64,000 nucleotides of DNA from Trichodelitschia bisporula (lineage: Eukaryota): positions 434,001-498,000 of the forward strand of contig ML996705.1 in NCBI GenBank assembly GCA_010356995.1. Direction: 5' to 3'. Below are positions 60,267 to 64,000 of this stretch, in pieces. The first letter of the stretch is position 1. The number at the start of each line of letters is the position of its first letter. The position numbers and the translations under genes were made by a program. The notes below the pieces were generated by a model. The model did no database searches. It was not told the DNA's origin and saw only the letters and a program-made list of their open reading frames with translations.

Positions 60267-63200
60267 GGCTGTAGCGAAGCGTAGCGTATCGTGTATCGCG
60301 GGAATTGTGGTGGTGGTGGTGGTATGACGTGTGGTGTGACGTGTGCGGGTCAAAAACTTTGCGTCGAGTGCCAAACAGCGGTGGGGCCGGGCCGGAATAT
60401 GTACTCGGGCACCGTCTGACTCTGCCTGTGCCTCGTGGTTCGTGGCCTCTCTCCTATTTCCCACGCAACGAATGGATCAAGTACCAAGGACTATCTCGGG
60501 CTGCTGCGCTGCTCGTGCGTGGATGTGATTGCCTTGGGTGCAACGCGTGCGAGTCCCCCGGCGCCCGGGCTGACGGGCAGCTGAAACGTGCACGGAGCGG
60601 GATGTGCGGGGCGCGGTGTTTCGGGGTGACAGGGGGGTGTGATTGGTTCAAATGAGGTAATTGTGTGATATTTGGGGAGCAACGAGTGAGGCATAAGCTG
60701 GGCGGTGATGATGTTGCGCACAAGGAGTGGGCGGCACTGGTTACGGCTCTTTGTCTCTGTGCCTCATCTCGCCCTGGAATTCAGTACTCCCATCCGCGTT
60801 TGCAGCGCGGCGCCTTTGTACGACATTCTCTGACTACCGCTCAAGGCACCGGACTCGGCTCGTCACAGCCGGGCCAGCCCAAGCAAACTTCATATCCTAC
60901 TTACGCGGCCCTATCAAGCGGCCAAACCATAAAGCAAACCGCCGACCTCCCCTCGAACTTCACGCGCCCACGCCCCACCACGCAATCCGTGTCCCCCCCC
61001 TCGCGAACCATCACCTTAGCCGATCGGCGCGGGATGCGCGGCGATCCCAAGGGCCTTGGGAGCCGGCGCGCACGGGCATCAAGCTGTCAGTCACAGCGTT
61101 TGAGATCCGGCTCTATCTGCCAGCGTTTCAGAATGCCAGCTACTTCGTACGTGAGGTTAGGCATGCACGGTCCGGAGAGCCGCGCCATTTACTTGAGCCT
61201 CGCAACTCCATGCCTTCGTTCGTCGTGCTCGATTTATATGGATGTAAGGTTAAGGGCGTGACGTCGGATATCCGCCCTGGGGCGTGGACGGGAGAAGTGC
61301 TTTTGATAACGAAGCGTCCCCGCCAACGGTCATCACACCCCCACCGCCGCCCCCCGTGCCGACCACCGTTGCGCCCGCGCGTGGCGAGCCGATCGGCATC
61401 GGAACGGGGCGAGGTGGGCGAGTGTTGACGGGGGGACTGGTGAGCGCGGGGGCACGTGGTGGGCAGGCTGAGGGGGGATCGACAAAGGGGTAATGGGATG
61501 ATGGGGGATGGGAAATGGGATGTGGGATGGGAATGGGGGTTAGGGAAAGGGTAAGGTCTGACGGAGTTGTGGGGCTGGTATTGTGCCTGGGGATGGAGTC
61601 GGTCGCGGTTGAGGTACCAAGGGTACGTTGTAAGGCAGTGTTACGTGACGATGTGACGTCAGGCGTGGACATCAATCATGGAGGGATTGATATCCCCTTC
61701 AATCCCCCATCAACAATTCCATCCCATCAACAATTCCATCCCATCCAATTCTCCTCCCACCGCTATCCCACCGACCGCACGAACCCCGACGATCCAACCA
61801 CAAACCCGCCGATCCTTCCACCTTCCCACGAACCAACCTCGCCAGCACGATAAGCTTCACCGCAACAACAGTCCCTCCGAGACCACCAACGGTCACACGC
61901 ATATCAACGGTCGTCTACCAATCCTCGAACTCCCGCACTCCTCCACCCAATGAGCCTAACGCTCCGGCCCGTCCCCGAACTACGGTATCCCCACAGCACC
62001 GGCATAACTTCCAGCATCCGCGAGTGGTACCGGTAGCTATAACCCCACAGACCACCACTCCGCGGATCCACCCGCTGTCTCAGGAACAGTGAGTGATGTC
62101 CTGTCTCATCCTTGGACTCCAACATCGAGATCGGGGTAGCATCGACCGATGTGCGAAGCGGCATGCGAGCAAAGCGGCAACGTTCATGGCGGCGTAGCAA
62201 TTACCGTGCATCGCTCCTTCCACACCGGCAGCTCCAAGCCGATGTCCGGTCCACCTCGCCGAGTCCGTGGGCAGTATCCTACCCAGTAGACACAGTTACT
62301 GAGTCGGTCCAATGCTCCAAGCATCGAGACGCATAGCACCAGGCCAGTGTAACAACCTCGCTTCTACAACTGCCGACAAACTACCTACGTCCCAGCGCTC
62401 CGCCCGACGAGCCTAAGCATACAGCCCACCCACACCCACTCCCTCGGCCGAAAAGCGACGACACTGAAACCGGCACTCGCACACATGGGGACAGAGACAA
62501 GCAACGAGGAGAAGGAACAGCGAACGGGGTCCAGGATCCCCATTGGCAGCACAGCATTCAGACACTCACAGGCACGTCCCCTAAAAAAAGTAGTACATCG
62601 CTCAATACCCGCTCCTATCCACCCACAAAACCTCCTGCGCGTAACCTATGAATACCCCCTCCCCGACTCGCTGCCAAACAAAAAGCCCCACGCACCACCT
62701 TCAATGCATACCGTCCTCCTTCCAGCGCATTCACCAAGCCCAGCAGAGTCAAGGACGCAACCCAATGCACTCCGCCGCTACAACTAAACAACTTAACACA
62801 CGGTGAAGCTCAAGGAAAAAAGTACAAGGGCACCGGAATGAAGACAGTAGCAATAGAAGGGGTGGTAGCAGGTGAGGGTAGGACCAAAGCCGTCGAAAAC
62901 CATATTTCAAAAGCAGATGCGTCCATTTTTCCATGTTGAACAGGGGCTAAAGTCCACATATCATCAGGGAAGGGGGAATCCGTTGGCCTAGAACGCAGAA
63001 GCGTGTATAAAAAAAGGGGAGGGGGGCAACAAAATGAAAACCACCTTTCGGTAAACGACAAGCAAAGAAAAAGTCTCAAAAGGTGTAAGAGGCTCATCCG
63101 GTAGGGTAAACAGGCATGAGTTCGGCGATGACGCAAAGAAGCCTCCGACACCTTCAACCCCAAGTACTGTGCCCCCCTCCTCCGCAGCGCCTATCAAAAC

Positions 63201-63432
63201 AAGAGATTTTGGTGTAAGATGTCTGCAGTATCCCCAGATCTGTGTGCGTCGTGTGGTCCAGGTTGATCAAAGAAAAATCCGGCACCTCGATCAAAACCTT
63301 AGATTGTGGCCAGCACCAGTATCGAGTAAGCGCATGATTCCAGCAGGCCCGTTCAGTCGAAGCCCAAGGCATTATTGCTTTCCGAGAAGCGCGCCCACAT
63401 AATGCTTTCGGTCACTCGGCTCACGGTTGCGT

Positions 63433-64000
63433 TTAGGCCCAGACCCGGAGCTGCAGCAGTTAGCGGTGGTCGGACCAAGGTGGGGCGGCAGCATGGACAC
63501 GTACCATTGAGTCCCAAGATCCAGTGCACAGGCTCATAGCGTCGTTGCTCACTCCCAAACAGCTGACCCGGTTCTCGTGCCCTGTAAGGGTCCCTACGCG
63601 CTCACCACGAAGCACGTCCCACACCTGGAACAAGTTAGCGGAATTGGCAACACGGGCACAACAAAACGTGCCTTGCATTCAAAGTCATCGTAACCAGCAA
63701 ACAGTAGCCGACCAGAGACGGAAAAGGCCACAGAGGTGATGCCGCAGACGGGTTCGCCGATCTGTCGCTGTTAGCCAGGCAATTGCAAGCGGACTCAGAA
63801 AACGTACCGTATAGCTCTGCATCTCCCGGTCGGCGCGGATGTCGAACAACCGGCACGACGCGTCATCAGAACCGGTACCAAACGCGTTGCCATTAGGGAA
63901 GAATTGAATAGCGTTGATGTCCGAGTCGTGCGCCGCAAAGGTCTGCACGCAGCGCTGCTGCCGAATGTCCCAGAGCTTCGCAAAGGCGTCGCAAGCACCA
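63433..64000 (-). CDS. sfaD: Heterotrimeric G-protein beta subunit, 3' portion (runs off window)
   Basis: Motifs [86 protein letters not shown] and LRVWA*. Confidence 0.97.

Noticed and set aside
1..64000. tRNA, rRNA or riboswitch genes
   Set aside because: The GTTCGA-like hits (e.g. ~2622, ~19754) lack cloverleaf context by eye. tRNAscan-SE or Infernal would be decisive.

Overview
This is a eukaryotic, intron-containing, GC-rich window from a filamentous ascomycete. Introns are short with GT..CTAAC/CTGAC..AG signals; Dothideomycete affinity is only my inference. The right half holds conserved core genes: NCR1/NPC1 sterol transporter, BCKDH E1-beta, MAM3/CNNM, an unknown multi-TM protein, an amidohydrolase, a phosducin-like protein and the 3' part of the G-protein beta subunit gene. 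The left half is accessory-like: a secreted PHM-fold copper-monooxygenase-like protein, a signal-peptide-bearing aldo-keto reductase, a LaeA-like methyltransferase, a Mid2/WSC-like sensor, a GRE2-like reductase and two clear pseudogenes. One pseudogene is broken by a 96-bp AT-rich insert, the other by RIP-type transitions. Transposon relics include a three-copy LTR-like repeat, a copia LTR+PBS next to minisatellites, a copia RT/RNaseH fragment, and a CACTA transposase fragment abutting an NB-ARC fragment. The best novelty candidates are the secreted dicopper-monooxygenase-like protein and the secreted AKR. All gene models were built by eye, so exon boundaries need RNA-seq confirmation.
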